Positions 17,859 to 28,014 of a stretch of DNA of 64,000 bases are shown here, in pieces (within the stretch, counting starts at the first letter, position 1; each line of letters opens with the position of its first letter). The DNA is from a virus, in IMG/VR virus record IMGVR_UViG_3300027969_000046; one strand, 5' to 3'. The notes beneath the pieces were generated by a model. That model had not been told where the DNA came from. It was given only the letters and a program-made list of their open reading frames with translations, and ran no database searches. The position numbers and the translations under genes are program-made.

Positions 17859-17935
17859 GTGGGTGTGCTGCTGAATGGTTAGGCGATGGATTGCAAATCC
17901 GTTTTATGCAGGTTCAACTCCTGTCACCCACTCCA
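17859..17935 (+). tRNA. tRNA-Cys(GCA)
   Basis: GTGGGTG/CACCCAC acceptor, TTGCAAA loop, GGTTCAACTCC, TCCA end. Confidence 0.9.
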
Positions 17936-17957
17936 AAATTTAGCTAAATCAATAATA

Positions 17958-18015
17958 GCCCCCTGTTGTTTTTACGCAACAGGGGGCTTTACTTTTACCA
18001 TGGATGTGTTATAAT
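17958..18015 (+). promoter_or_regulatory. Early promoter with extended perfect operator palindrome
   Basis: GCCCCCTGTTG-N8-CAACAGGGGGC; TTTACT-16-TATAAT. Confidence 0.8.
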
Positions 18016-18045
18016 GGTTATTCATTAATAAAGAAAGGCATTATC

Positions 18046-19143
18046 ATGGCATATATGAACCAAGAAAAAAAGGCGATTATCGCTTCTAAGCTAAAACCTA
18101 TTTTGAAAAAATATGGTGTTAAAGGTTCTTTGAAAGTCAATAATCATTCTACCATTGTTTTGAATGTAAAATCTGGTAAAATTGATTTTATCAAAAATTA
18201 TAATTCTACGGTTTCTAATCAGCCTGGTGGTTTTCGCAACGGTTCAGCTGCTGAGAAATATTTAAATATTAATCCCTATTGGTATCACGAGCATTTTTCT
18301 GGTCAACCTAAAGAGTTTTTGACTGAAGCATTGGCCGCTTTAAAAGGTGCGGACTGGTACGATGAATCGGATGCTCAAGTTGATTATTTCAATACAGCTT
18401 ATTATGTTGATATTAATATCGGCAAGTGGAGTAAACCTTACATTGTGGAGTGATTATGCCTAAGAAAATGTCCTCGGTTCAATATAAAAAAATTCGCAGA
18501 GAAGATATAATGGATTTTGTAAATGAATTATATGAATGTCAAAACCATTATATTGAATTAGCTGTTGAAAAATCTGGCTTCAAAGAAGCTAATGAAGTTA
18601 TTAAATATATTATGGAGAAAAAATGATTATTGATAAAGTTGAGCGACCACTTGTTATTGATTTGACTGGCCCCCAAGGTAATGCCTTTTATTTAATGGGC
18701 TTTGCTCAGAAAAATGCGAGAAAATTTGGACTTGATAGTGATGCCATTTTGGCGGAAATGAAATCTGGTAATTATGAAAATCTGGTACAGGTCTTTGATA
18801 ATTATTTTGGTGAATATGTGATATTGGAAAGATAATGTCTGGTGTATATGTGATGGTGACCCAAGACGGTTACCGTGTTACGGCCTCTGAGCGCTTTATT
18901 TACCTCTTTGGTTCTTATAATGATGATAGCATGAACTATAACATTGATTCGCAGGTTTTGAGTGAAATGTTTGGTAATTGTGCTATACTAAATTCGGCAA
19001 AAGAAGCACTTGAAGCAGCAAAGTGTATAAGTAAGACGATTAACGAAACAGAAGATGGAATTATGTTTATTGATTCTTACGGTAAATATACATTTGAGGA
19101 ACTAATGGATGGCAAGGCAAACAAAGAACTCAGCAACAATTGA
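18046..19143 (+). other. Early hypothetical ORFs (18046-18453, 18623-18835, 18835-19143)
   Basis: MAYMNQEKKA...DYFNTAYYVDINIGKW and IDLTGPQGNAFYL are common phage family motifs. Confidence 0.65.
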
Positions 19144-20191
19144 CCGATTACTCGGTAAGACGGCTGAACCAAAATATGAGAATTTAGAATCTCAAAGCGA
19201 CATAGCAGCCGCCTTAAATTGGTACAATACAAATAAAGATGCTAAGACGGCAGCTAAGTATATTGCCGAGTATGCCAAGAAGAATAAGTTAAAAGGCAAA
19301 CTGGCGGCTGGCAAAAGTTTTACGACAACGGCATATATTTGCCGTATGATTACTAATGGAACAATTTTTACCGATGAAGTGAAGCGAGATACTCATAATA
19401 GAGTTTTGGAGTTGCTTGTCGAGGAATCAACGGAAACAGTCGTGGTTGAGAAAACTGTTCCAGTAGTAACTATACAAGACCGTATTGCGGAAAAAGTCTC
19501 CGAGATTGCAGGAGAGTTGGAAGGGTCTATTGATGATTACATACTAAGTGGATTTTCTAAGATACCATCACCTTATGGTCTAATGCACGATAAGGTAAAG
19601 GCTATGCACTCGGTAAAGATTATTGAAATCTTTAAACGCCGTAGGGCAGAGTTTGATAATGTGCTTGTTAGTGATGATGAGCAGATTAAAGAAGGTTATT
19701 CTAATTTTAGCCGACCAGAGATTAAAAAACTGGTTGCATATTGTGATTTGATTATTACCGATGCTTTGAAGCTTGGTGATGAATCAAAATCTAATCGTAA
19801 ACCACGAAAGCGTAAATCAAAGACACCAGAGCAATTGACCGCAAAGGTTCAGTATTGTGCTAAAGATGATACCTACAAATTAGAATCAGAATTACCAAAA
19901 GGAATCATTGGTGCAACCTCATTGTGGATATTTAATGTGAAAACACGGAAGTTAGGTGTTTATCATGCTCTTGATTCTGAAGGATTCGGTGTCAAGGGAA
20001 CAAGTCTTACCAATTTCAGCGAAATGAAATCGGTACAGAAAACGCTACGCAAGCCAGAAGCAATTCTGCCAGATGTGGTGAAAGGTGCAAAAGTATTTTT
20101 GCGTAATGCAATGGAAAATATCAAATCAAAAGATGCTAAGTTAAATGGTCGATTGAATAAAGATACGGTGTTGTTAAAGATTATAAGGTAA
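19109..20191 (+). CDS. Conserved T4-like hypothetical protein (360 aa)
   Basis: IIGA..LWIFNVKTRKL, KTLRKPE, NGRLN motifs recalled from T4-like aquatic phages. Confidence 0.7.
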   Translation: MARQTKNSATIDRLLGKTAEPKYENLESQSDIAAALNWYNTNKDAKTAAKYIAEYAKKNKLKGKLAAGKSFTTTAYICRMITNGTIFTDEVKRDTHNRVLELLVEESTETVVVEKTVPVVTIQDRIAEKVSEIAGELEGSIDDYILSGFSKIPSPYGLMHDKVKAMHSVKIIEIFKRRRAEFDNVLVSDDEQIKEGYSNFSRPEIKKLVAYCDLIITDALKLGDESKSNRKPRKRKSKTPEQLTAKVQYCAKDDTYKLESELPKGIIGATSLWIFNVKTRKLGVYHALDSEGFGVKGTSLTNFSEMKSVQKTLRKPEAILPDVVKGAKVFLRNAMENIKSKDAKLNGRLNKDTVLLKIIR

Positions 20192-20368
20192 TGATATGAC
20201 AAAAGATAGACAAGTGATTGTTCTGGCAGTATTAGAAGGCATTTTGCCTGTTGATGCTATTACCGAAAATGAATTGAATGAATTGCATGAGGCAGTATTT
20301 GATGCTGTTGTGGCAAAACAAATGTCAAGATTGCCTCATCTAAGTGCAGAAATGCATTAGAATGGAAC

Positions 20369-21040
20369 ATGGACAAGATATCTTTCAATGAGTTTACTGA
20401 AGCATCAAAGGTAAACATCAAAGCTGAGCCTAAAGTATATCAATACGAAAAAACTCAGTATGTTGTTGTTGATGATGTTTTGGTAGAACCAGATAAATTG
20501 TTAAAATATTTGGATAAGTTTCCCGCCTTAGATAAGGAAGATTTTCTTAGAAATGGTAAAGTGATTAGTTATGCGCCAGGTTTACAACAATTAATTTCCG
20601 CAAATTATTTACAAGAACTTACTCATTATTTTAATAATCTACTTTACCCAATGATTGGTAAAGAATTTAGAATTGATTGGTATACAAATATATTTTATCC
20701 TGATATGAATGTTACAGAAACCGCTCGTTTACCCCATGTTGATACTTTTGACATGGCTATTAACATTTGGTTAACTGATAATCATAAAGATGATGGAACT
20801 GCCTTTTACAAAAATGGAGATAAGTATTATGGTGATAGCATCAAATACGATTTTGTAGAAGATAAAGAATCTAAATGGCAACCATTTGATGGAAATACCG
20901 ATTATGAAAAGTATTTGGTCGTACCATCAAAATATAACACCGCTGTAATTTATAGTGGAAAGTTTTATCATTCGGCATATTATGTACCACAAACAAACAA
21001 GGAAAGAAAGTCGCTAGTTGGCGCCCTATTCTTATTATGA
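20369..21040 (+). CDS. 2OG-Fe(II) oxygenase-like protein (DUF6445-like)
   Basis: VVDD, PG, PHVD, GTAFY, KYN..VIYSG..YHS. Confidence 0.65.
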   Translation: MDKISFNEFTEASKVNIKAEPKVYQYEKTQYVVVDDVLVEPDKLLKYLDKFPALDKEDFLRNGKVISYAPGLQQLISANYLQELTHYFNNLLYPMIGKEFRIDWYTNIFYPDMNVTETARLPHVDTFDMAINIWLTDNHKDDGTAFYKNGDKYYGDSIKYDFVEDKESKWQPFDGNTDYEKYLVVPSKYNTAVIYSGKFYHSAYYVPQTNKERKSLVGALFLL

Positions 21041-21885
21041 TATTATTTGACTTTAACCAAGTAGCGATTGCTAACTTGATGGAACAAATTGGTTCTTCAA
21101 AGACACCAGTAGATGAATCATTGGTTCGCCATATGATTCTAAACACTATTCGTACCTATGTGAAGAAGTTTAAAGCTTCTCACGGTCCTGAAGTTGTGAT
21201 TGCTTGCGATAATAAGAAATATTGGCGCCGTGATGTGTTTCCGCATTACAAGGCACACCGCAAGAAAGCACGACAATCTTCTGGTCACGATTGGGGTTCT
21301 ATCTTTGAAGTCCTGAATAAAATCCGTGATGAGTTGAAAAACCATTCGCCATACAAAGTGATTGATGTTGATACTGCTGAAGCTGATGATGTGATTGCCG
21401 TATTGGCAACCCGTTACGCTTCTATTGGTAAGGTTATGATTCTCTCCTCAGATAAAGACTTTGCACAATTGCAAAAGTTTTCTAATGTTGAGCAATATTC
21501 GCCTATTTTAAAGAAAGCGATTAAAGAACCTTTACCTTCATTACAGTTGAAACAGTTGATTATTCGTGGTGATAAAGGTGACGGTATTCCTAACATTTTA
21601 AGTAAAGATGAAACCTTTATTGAAGGTGCTAGACAAAAGCCTATTACCGAGGCTAAGATTATAAACTGGTTGAACCAAGACCCTAGTGAATTTTGCACAG
21701 ATGAAATGTTGCGAAACTTTAAGCGTAATGAAATGCTGATTGATTTAACTCAGATTCCAGAAACACTTAAACAAAGCATCATAGATACCTATGAAAGCAC
21801 TAAAGGTCATACTAGACAAGAGTTTATGAATTATATGATTGCTAATCGTTTGAAAAATTTAATTGAGGTAATAGATGAGTTCTGA
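21037..21885 (+). CDS. rnh: T4-like RNase H / 5'-3' exonuclease
   Basis: DFNQ, YWRRDVFPHYKAHRK, EADDVIA, SSDKDFAQL, GDKGDGIPN. Confidence 0.95.
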   Translation: MILFDFNQVAIANLMEQIGSSKTPVDESLVRHMILNTIRTYVKKFKASHGPEVVIACDNKKYWRRDVFPHYKAHRKKARQSSGHDWGSIFEVLNKIRDELKNHSPYKVIDVDTAEADDVIAVLATRYASIGKVMILSSDKDFAQLQKFSNVEQYSPILKKAIKEPLPSLQLKQLIIRGDKGDGIPNILSKDETFIEGARQKPITEAKIINWLNQDPSEFCTDEMLRNFKRNEMLIDLTQIPETLKQSIIDTYESTKGHTRQEFMNYMIANRLKNLIEVIDEF

Positions 21886-22312
21886 AATCCTATATTCGGA
21901 GATATTAAAAAAGTTTGATGATGCACCTAACCGTGCTGGCAAGCTTGCGGTATTACAAAAAGAGGGTGACCCTAGATTCAGAGATTTTCTATTCTATGCT
22001 TTTCATCCTGATATCAAATTTGATATTCAACCACCAGAATATCGTCCTGCGATTGAACCTGCTGGTTTAAATTTTACTTACCTCGATTCTGAGGTCAATA
22101 AACTGTATCGCTTTATTACTGGTCATGCTAAAAAGTCGCCAGACTTGAAACCATATAAACAAACACAATTGTTATTGGTTATTTTAGAATCATTACATAA
22201 AGATGAAGCTGAATTGTTGTGTAAGATGTTTAAAAAAGATTTAGCTGTCAAGTATCTAACTCCACGCCTTATTAAAGAAGCTTATCCAGAAATTAATCTT
22301 CCGTTGGAATAA
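21875..22312 (+). CDS. Conserved T4-like hypothetical protein (DUF6433-like)
   Basis: ILESLHKDEAELL, IKEAYP; usual position after rnh. Confidence 0.6.
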   Translation: MSSEILYSEILKKFDDAPNRAGKLAVLQKEGDPRFRDFLFYAFHPDIKFDIQPPEYRPAIEPAGLNFTYLDSEVNKLYRFITGHAKKSPDLKPYKQTQLLLVILESLHKDEAELLCKMFKKDLAVKYLTPRLIKEAYPEINLPLE

Positions 22313-22315
22313 ATT

Positions 22316-23086
22316 ATGAAAGTAGCGGTAATAACACCCACAATTGGCAATCCTAAACTAAGTGATGCTTTAAAGTCGGTTGATAAACAGACTTATAAAG
22401 ATTTAACCCACTACATCTTCATTGATGGAAAAGAACATAAACAAAATGTTCATAAACAAATTGAAGGTGCTAGTAAGGTTAAGTTAATTGAATTGGAAGA
22501 AAATGTTGGTAAAGGCTGGTACGGACATCGTGTGTTCGCTGCCAGTTCCTTTCTTGTGAACGCTGACATTATTGTGTACCTTGATGAGGATAATTGGTTT
22601 GAACCTTGTCATGTTGAAAAATTGGTGAAAAAAATTGAAGAAGGCAATGATTGGGCTTATTCGCTCAGGAAAATTTATGATAAAGATGGAAACTTTCTTT
22701 GTGATGATAATTGCGAATCGTTGGGTAAATGGCCTGTTTACTTTAATGATGGCGTGTTTCATATTGATACCTCCTCTTTTGCTGTTAGGCGTGATGTCGC
22801 TGTTCGTATCGGTCATGCTTGGTACGGACAATGGGGTGCAGACCGCCAGTTTTTTGGTGCGTTAAAGTCCAATTTTCCAAAGTTTGATTGTACCAATGCA
22901 CACACCTCTTGCTATCGCCTTGATGGCAATCCAAACTCTGTTACTAAAGAATTCTTTGATAAAGGTAACGAAGAAAATAGCAAAAAATACTTTGGTCAAT
23001 TTCCATGGAAGAATGGTAGCAAATTACTTACCATTCCAAAAGAAAAAATCGAAGAAGTGGGGCCTGGTATAAAGATTGTGTTATGA
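22316..23086 (+). CDS. Glycosyltransferase family 2
   Basis: VAVITPT, SV..QTY, IDG, YLDEDNW (DxD), GADR. Confidence 0.88.
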   Translation: MKVAVITPTIGNPKLSDALKSVDKQTYKDLTHYIFIDGKEHKQNVHKQIEGASKVKLIELEENVGKGWYGHRVFAASSFLVNADIIVYLDEDNWFEPCHVEKLVKKIEEGNDWAYSLRKIYDKDGNFLCDDNCESLGKWPVYFNDGVFHIDTSSFAVRRDVAVRIGHAWYGQWGADRQFFGALKSNFPKFDCTNAHTSCYRLDGNPNSVTKEFFDKGNEENSKKYFGQFPWKNGSKLLTIPKEKIEEVGPGIKIVL

Positions 23087-24027
23087 AAACGGCATTAGTT
23101 ACTGGCGCTTCTGGTTATCTTGGAAGTCACCTCTGTAAGTATCTCAGAAAGAATGGTTGGAAAGTAATTGGTCTGGACATAAAACATCCTGAGCACCAAT
23201 ATTGGGACATATTTGAATTCTGTGATGTCCGTGACCGACAAGAGCTTGATGGTGTATTCTTTCACCATAAGATTGATGCGGTGTTTCACTTAGCAGGCAG
23301 AATCGAAGTTGGTGAGTCCATGAAAGACCCAACAGAATTTTGGGAAGTCAATGTCGCAGGCACCTGTATGGTTCTAAACTGTATGAAGCATTATGGTGTG
23401 GAATACATCATATATTCTTCTACCGCAGGAGTGTATTGGCCAAGTAAACGATTGATTAGTGAAACCGAGGCAGTCCTTAATAATCATGTTTATGGCAGTA
23501 GCAAGCACGCTGCCGAAAACGCTATCGAGGACTCTGGTATTAAGCATATCATTTTCCGATACTTTAATTTGGCTGGTGCTGATCCAGATAACGATATTGG
23601 TGAAAACCATTCACCAGAAACCCATCTGATTCCTAGAATCCTTCAAAATCTAAATAGTTTTGAATTATACGGTGATGACTATGATACACCAGATGGCTCG
23701 TGTATCCGTGATTATGTCCATGTTTCCGATGTTGCTGAGGCACACATTTCAGGAGTTGAATACCTGATGAATGGTGGCGAATCTCAGCTATTAAATTTAG
23801 GTACAGGAAAAGGGCATTCCAATTATGAGATTATTAACCTCATTACCGATGAATTAGGATTACCTGTAAAATACAAAGTAAAGGCAAGACGGCAAGGTGA
23901 CCCCGACCAGTTGGTTGCCGATATTACTCTTGCTCAAAAAGTATTGAATTACCGCCCAAAACATGATATACTATCAATATTGAAAACAGCTTATGAGTGG
24001 CATAAAGAGTATGACAAGAAAATTTGA
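23083..24027 (+). CDS. galE: UDP-glucose 4-epimerase
   Basis: LVTGASGYLGSH, VGES, SSTA, YGSSK, RYFNLAGA, GSCIRDYVHV, RRQGDP. Confidence 0.92.
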   Translation: MKTALVTGASGYLGSHLCKYLRKNGWKVIGLDIKHPEHQYWDIFEFCDVRDRQELDGVFFHHKIDAVFHLAGRIEVGESMKDPTEFWEVNVAGTCMVLNCMKHYGVEYIIYSSTAGVYWPSKRLISETEAVLNNHVYGSSKHAAENAIEDSGIKHIIFRYFNLAGADPDNDIGENHSPETHLIPRILQNLNSFELYGDDYDTPDGSCIRDYVHVSDVAEAHISGVEYLMNGGESQLLNLGTGKGHSNYEIINLITDELGLPVKYKVKARRQGDPDQLVADITLAQKVLNYRPKHDILSILKTAYEWHKEYDKKI

Positions 24028-24586
24028 CGAATCGGTAATTGATGCCGAGGATATTATCAATCTCGGATTATTAAAAGAACACACCCATATGATTACGGGT
24101 GATATTAATGATGAAACGGTTGATAAGGCTATTCGTTGGTTGCTCTATGAAAACATGGATACATCCAACGCTGATAAAATGTTAACCCTCTATATCAATT
24201 CAACAGGCGGCAGTCTAACAGATGCCTTTGCCTTGATTGATATTATAAAAAGTTCTAAATTTGTTGTTCGCACTATCGGTATTGGTAATGTGATGAGTTC
24301 GGCTTTTCTGATATTCTCCGCAGGCGATAAAGGTCACAGGTATGTTTCTAAAAATACCAGCGGTATGTGTCACCAATTTACCGATTCTATGGATAGCAAA
24401 TACCATGATATCAAATCTGCCATGAAAGAGAGTGAATCTCTTAATGAAAGAATGATTCGTGTTTTGGTAGAAACCACAGGACTACCACGAGCCAAAGTCA
24501 GAACAAAACTTCTAGGCCCCTCCGATGTTTATCTGTCGGCTGAAGAAATGGTTGAATTTGGTGTGGCAGACCATATTTTAGAATAG
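24011..24586 (+). CDS. clpP: ATP-dependent Clp protease proteolytic subunit
   Basis: LYINSTGG, VMSSA (Ser), MCHQ (His), DVYLSAEE (Asp), FGVADHI. Confidence 0.88.
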   Translation: MTRKFDESVIDAEDIINLGLLKEHTHMITGDINDETVDKAIRWLLYENMDTSNADKMLTLYINSTGGSLTDAFALIDIIKSSKFVVRTIGIGNVMSSAFLIFSAGDKGHRYVSKNTSGMCHQFTDSMDSKYHDIKSAMKESESLNERMIRVLVETTGLPRAKVRTKLLGPSDVYLSAEEMVEFGVADHILE

Positions 24587-24594
24587 GTAACAAA

Positions 24595-24901
24595 ATGATT
24601 GGCGGCGGTCGGAAATTTGAAAAATCTCAAAAATCCAAATTCAAAAAAAACGAAGATAGGGAAACATTCAAACAGTTTCGCAACAAGCACAACGATAAAG
24701 CCCTATATCGTATGCTAAGACGGGAGCAAAAAGATGTCAGTTAAAGATATTGACAAGCGTATTGAGATGCTTGAAAAACAATTAGAACATGGCGCAACAA
24801 TGAATGTTGCTTTGCAGAATGAAATCAACCGATTGAAATTGCAAGCGTTTGAGGAAGATATCCGAGAACAGGATGAAGGGCAACAATTACTAAAAGGGTA
24901 G
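24595..24901 (+). other. Two small ORFs (24595-24744 basic; 24734-24901 coiled-coil)
   Basis: Manual translation. Confidence 0.55.
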
Positions 24902-24954
24902 TGTTGCTTAAAAACAACAGCAGCCCTTGACATCCACTCCAGTTCTGTTATACT
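24902..24954 (+). promoter_or_regulatory. Early promoter with operator
   Basis: TGTTG-CTTAAAAA-CAACA; TTGACA(24927)-16-TATACT. Confidence 0.8.
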
Positions 24955-24961
24955 GGAGGCT

Positions 24962-25345
24962 ATGAGTGAAATTCTACAAGAAACTACAATCTGGAACGCA
25001 GATTTTCCAGTATCAAATCATATCTATTTACTAGATAATAATAGTAATATTATTGCCTACATTAAGCAAGGCGATACTGCTATTAATCAATTAAAATCCC
25101 GTATTAAATTGGATAAACGATATCGCAAGTTTATCAAAATTAATCACGAAGGATTATCTAAGTTAATACCAAAAGATGAAGGACATGATTATAGTCCAAA
25201 ATCTGGTATTCGTATATTTAAAGTAATATCTGGCAATCACGATTATAAAATCGAAGTTAATGGTGCTAAATTATCTTGCACTTGTATCGGTTATGGTTAT
25301 CGTGGTAAATGTAAACATATTGAAGCTGTAAAATCTAAACTATGA
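24962..25345 (+). CDS. SWIM zinc-finger protein
   Basis: SCTCIGYGYRGKCKHI. Confidence 0.8.
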   Translation: MSEILQETTIWNADFPVSNHIYLLDNNSNIIAYIKQGDTAINQLKSRIKLDKRYRKFIKINHEGLSKLIPKDEGHDYSPKSGIRIFKVISGNHDYKIEVNGAKLSCTCIGYGYRGKCKHIEAVKSKL

Positions 25346-25707
25346 TTATCTATGCTAATAATCGCTCTCCTAAAAAATTAAGAGAGCAGAGAAAAAAGAA
25401 ATTGGCTCGAAAAGCTGAAGAATATAATGAATGGCTTAATAGTATTAATAGTATTAAGACCAATTTTAGCCGTGGTAAAAAAGTTAATATTGATAATGGA
25501 TTATCTGTATTATCTCCAAAAGTTTATATTCGGGAAACACCATATTATCCGTCTATGGAAACGCACGGAGGCAGTTGCACAAAACCAGTTCATGGCAAAG
25601 TCTATACAGGCGACAAAATGCTAGGGATAGGTACTCTCCACAAGTCCAATGCAGTTCCGATATTCAATGCGGAAGACGCTCTGGATCAGGCTAAAATGCG
25701 TAGGTAA
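25342..25707 (+). CDS. Conserved T4-like hypothetical protein
   Basis: KVYTG..MLGIGTLHKSNAVPIF...AKMRR. Confidence 0.65.
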   Translation: MIIYANNRSPKKLREQRKKKLARKAEEYNEWLNSINSIKTNFSRGKKVNIDNGLSVLSPKVYIRETPYYPSMETHGGSCTKPVHGKVYTGDKMLGIGTLHKSNAVPIFNAEDALDQAKMRR

Positions 25708-25719
25708 AAAAGTCAATGG

Positions 25720-25809
25720 AATCAAGAGCTTACTGGAGTGTTGCGTGGAAACAACAAAACCAAAAAAAGTCGGTAAAGCCCTTGACAATTGCCTTGGTTC
25801 GTGTATAAT
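25720..25809 (+). promoter_or_regulatory. Early promoter with IHF-like site and operator
   Basis: AATCAAGAGCTTA 25720-25732; TGTTG-N8-CAACA 25739-25756; TTGACA(25782)-16-TATAAT. Confidence 0.8.
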
Positions 25810-25841
25810 GGACTTTGTTGAGTTGATAAAGGAAGTAAATT

Positions 25842-26594
25842 ATGAAGTTGTTAAGCACTGGTAACCCAAAAGTATTAAAAGGCATTAAACAAGGATATAA
25901 CACTTATATTCTACATTTAGCGCCCGCTAATTTATCAGGTTATGAAACCTGTCCAAAGCGGACTACTGGTTGCACAGCTGCTTGTCTTAATACTGCTGGT
26001 CGTGGCGGTATGTTTAAAAAAGGCGAAAATACAAATACAATTCAACAAGCTAGAATTCGCAAAACACAAATGTTTTTTGAAGAACGAGCAGGTTTTATGG
26101 AATGGTTGGTTAAAGATATTGAATTAGCTATCAAGCAATCGCTTCGTTTGCATTTAGTTCCTGTTTTCCGTTTAAACGGCACATCCGACTTATCATGGGA
26201 AAAATATGAAGTCATCCGAAATGGGAAATTATATCGCAATATATTTGACGCTTTTCCTAATGTTGTTTTTTATGATTATACTAAGGTGCTTGGCCGTAAA
26301 GTGGCGGACATTGCTAATTACTCTCTTACCTTTAGTGCTGCTGATGGTAATGATACGGATGTATTTAAAGCAATAGACCAAGGTTATAATATTGCTGTGG
26401 TATTTGGTATTAAAAAGACTTTGCCAATGCCTGATAGTTATCTTGGTTTGCCAGTATTTAATGGTGATGAAAGCGATTTAAGATTTTTGGATCCAAAACA
26501 AGTTATCGTTGGCTTGTATGCTAAAGGCAAAGCAAAAAAAGACGAAACTGGTTTTGTTAAGTATCCTTCTATTATGATGAAAGTGGCAGCTTAA
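25842..26594 (+). CDS. Phage gp88-family protein (radical-SAM-like Cys motif)
   Basis: CPKRTTGCTAACL, RLNGTSD, FYDYTK, GDESDLRFLD, GLYAKG. Confidence 0.75.
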   Translation: MKLLSTGNPKVLKGIKQGYNTYILHLAPANLSGYETCPKRTTGCTAACLNTAGRGGMFKKGENTNTIQQARIRKTQMFFEERAGFMEWLVKDIELAIKQSLRLHLVPVFRLNGTSDLSWEKYEVIRNGKLYRNIFDAFPNVVFYDYTKVLGRKVADIANYSLTFSAADGNDTDVFKAIDQGYNIAVVFGIKKTLPMPDSYLGLPVFNGDESDLRFLDPKQVIVGLYAKGKAKKDETGFVKYPSIMMKVAA

Positions 26595-27928
26595 TGAAAT
26601 TTACTAGTTATAAAGACCGTGAATTATTTGATACAAGGCACGGCGGTTGTTTTGATAGAGGTTCAGCTGATAGTTATTACCATCGTGGTATTGAGCCACA
26701 CTATTATGTTGGTGATACCTTGTCAAGTGAAAAAATTACTGCTTTGACAGAATCCGAAATTGGTGAATATATGGCAGGTTATTTTTGGAATGAACAGTTT
26801 GGTGATAAGAAAGATTGGAATTAAAATGAAAGTTGTTTATATTGTAAAATCATTTGGTCCCGAAAATGGGTATGTTAATCTTAAAGCGTTTGCTGATTTA
26901 GAAGATGCTGAGGCTTATCATGCGGTTGTTGCAAAACAAATTCCTGATGATATTGAAGATGAATTTGTTGAAATCGAAGAATTGATGGTGGATTATGGTT
27001 AAATTTTTAATATGTGTAGCGTTGATAATGTTAATAATTTATCTATTAACACCAGTATTAATAATGGCTATGTTTAGTTTTGTATTTTTAAAGGCAATAA
27101 TTTTATTATGATTAATCTTGAACAGTTTAGAAAATCTGGTGTTTGTGCAATTTACCACCGAGTGCCTATTGAATTTCTTGATGAATTCAGAAGTGAAATG
27201 GCAAAACAAGGTAAGTTTTTCAAAATACGATATCGTGGTCCCCGCTTCAATGTGCCGTCCGCTCGTTATCGTAGCTTTATGAGTAAAGCAAGCACTTGTT
27301 TAAAACAAGATGCAAAAGCATTTTCAGTTTATAATTATTAAGATTTTGGAGTTTTAATGAGCTTTGATTTTGATGTAGAAAATGTTTACATGGTTGAATT
27401 TCAATCTGGTAAAACCATTTATGTAAGTTTTTATGAAGTTGAAGATGTGTTGGAATATTGTGAAGATGAATATCCAAAAGAATTCATCAAAACAATCTAT
27501 AAAGAAGTTTATTCTAATGATGGAGAAAATGAATAATGGGAACTAGAAGTTTAACCTATGTGTATGATGATTTGGAAAAGCCAATCATTTGTATGTATCG
27601 CCAGTTTGACGGCTATCCGTCAGGTCACGGTGTTGAGTTGTCGGAATTCTTAACACAGATGACGGTTGGAAATGGAATCTCTGGTTCGCCAGAGTTGTTT
27701 AGTTTTGCAAATGGTATGGGTTGCTTGGCAGCTCAGATGATTGTGCATTTCAAAAAATCACCTGGTGGTTTTTATATTTACGCAATTGAATCTGATATGG
27801 ATTGCTGGCAAGAGTATGAATACCACATCTATGCAGATAAATTGGTTGTGAAGAATCCTACCGAAGTGATTTTCGAAGGTTCTTATGAAGAATTTATGTC
27901 ATTTTGTTACGATGAGGTGACTGAATGA
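26594..27928 (+). other. Early hypothetical ORFs (26594-26824, ~26826-27002, 27108-27341, 27536-27928)
   Basis: RHGGCFDRGSADSYY and MGTRS...YRQFDGYP are common phage motifs. Confidence 0.65.
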
Positions 27929-27949
27929 GGCAAACATGGGCGATGCCTC

Positions 27950-27978
27950 TTGACAAGTTCGCCTTTTTGTGTTACAAT
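27950..27978 (+). promoter_or_regulatory. Sigma70 promoter without operator
   Basis: TTGACA-17-TACAAT. Confidence 0.75.
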
Positions 27979-28014
27979 GGTTGTTCGTTAAATTGATAAA
28001 TGGAGATTTATATT

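Noticed and set aside
17958-17993. Terminator reading of the GC-rich inverted repeat after tRNA-Cys
   Set aside because: It may double as one, but its core is the same TGTTG-N8-CAACA motif found at five other promoters, so it is treated as an operator
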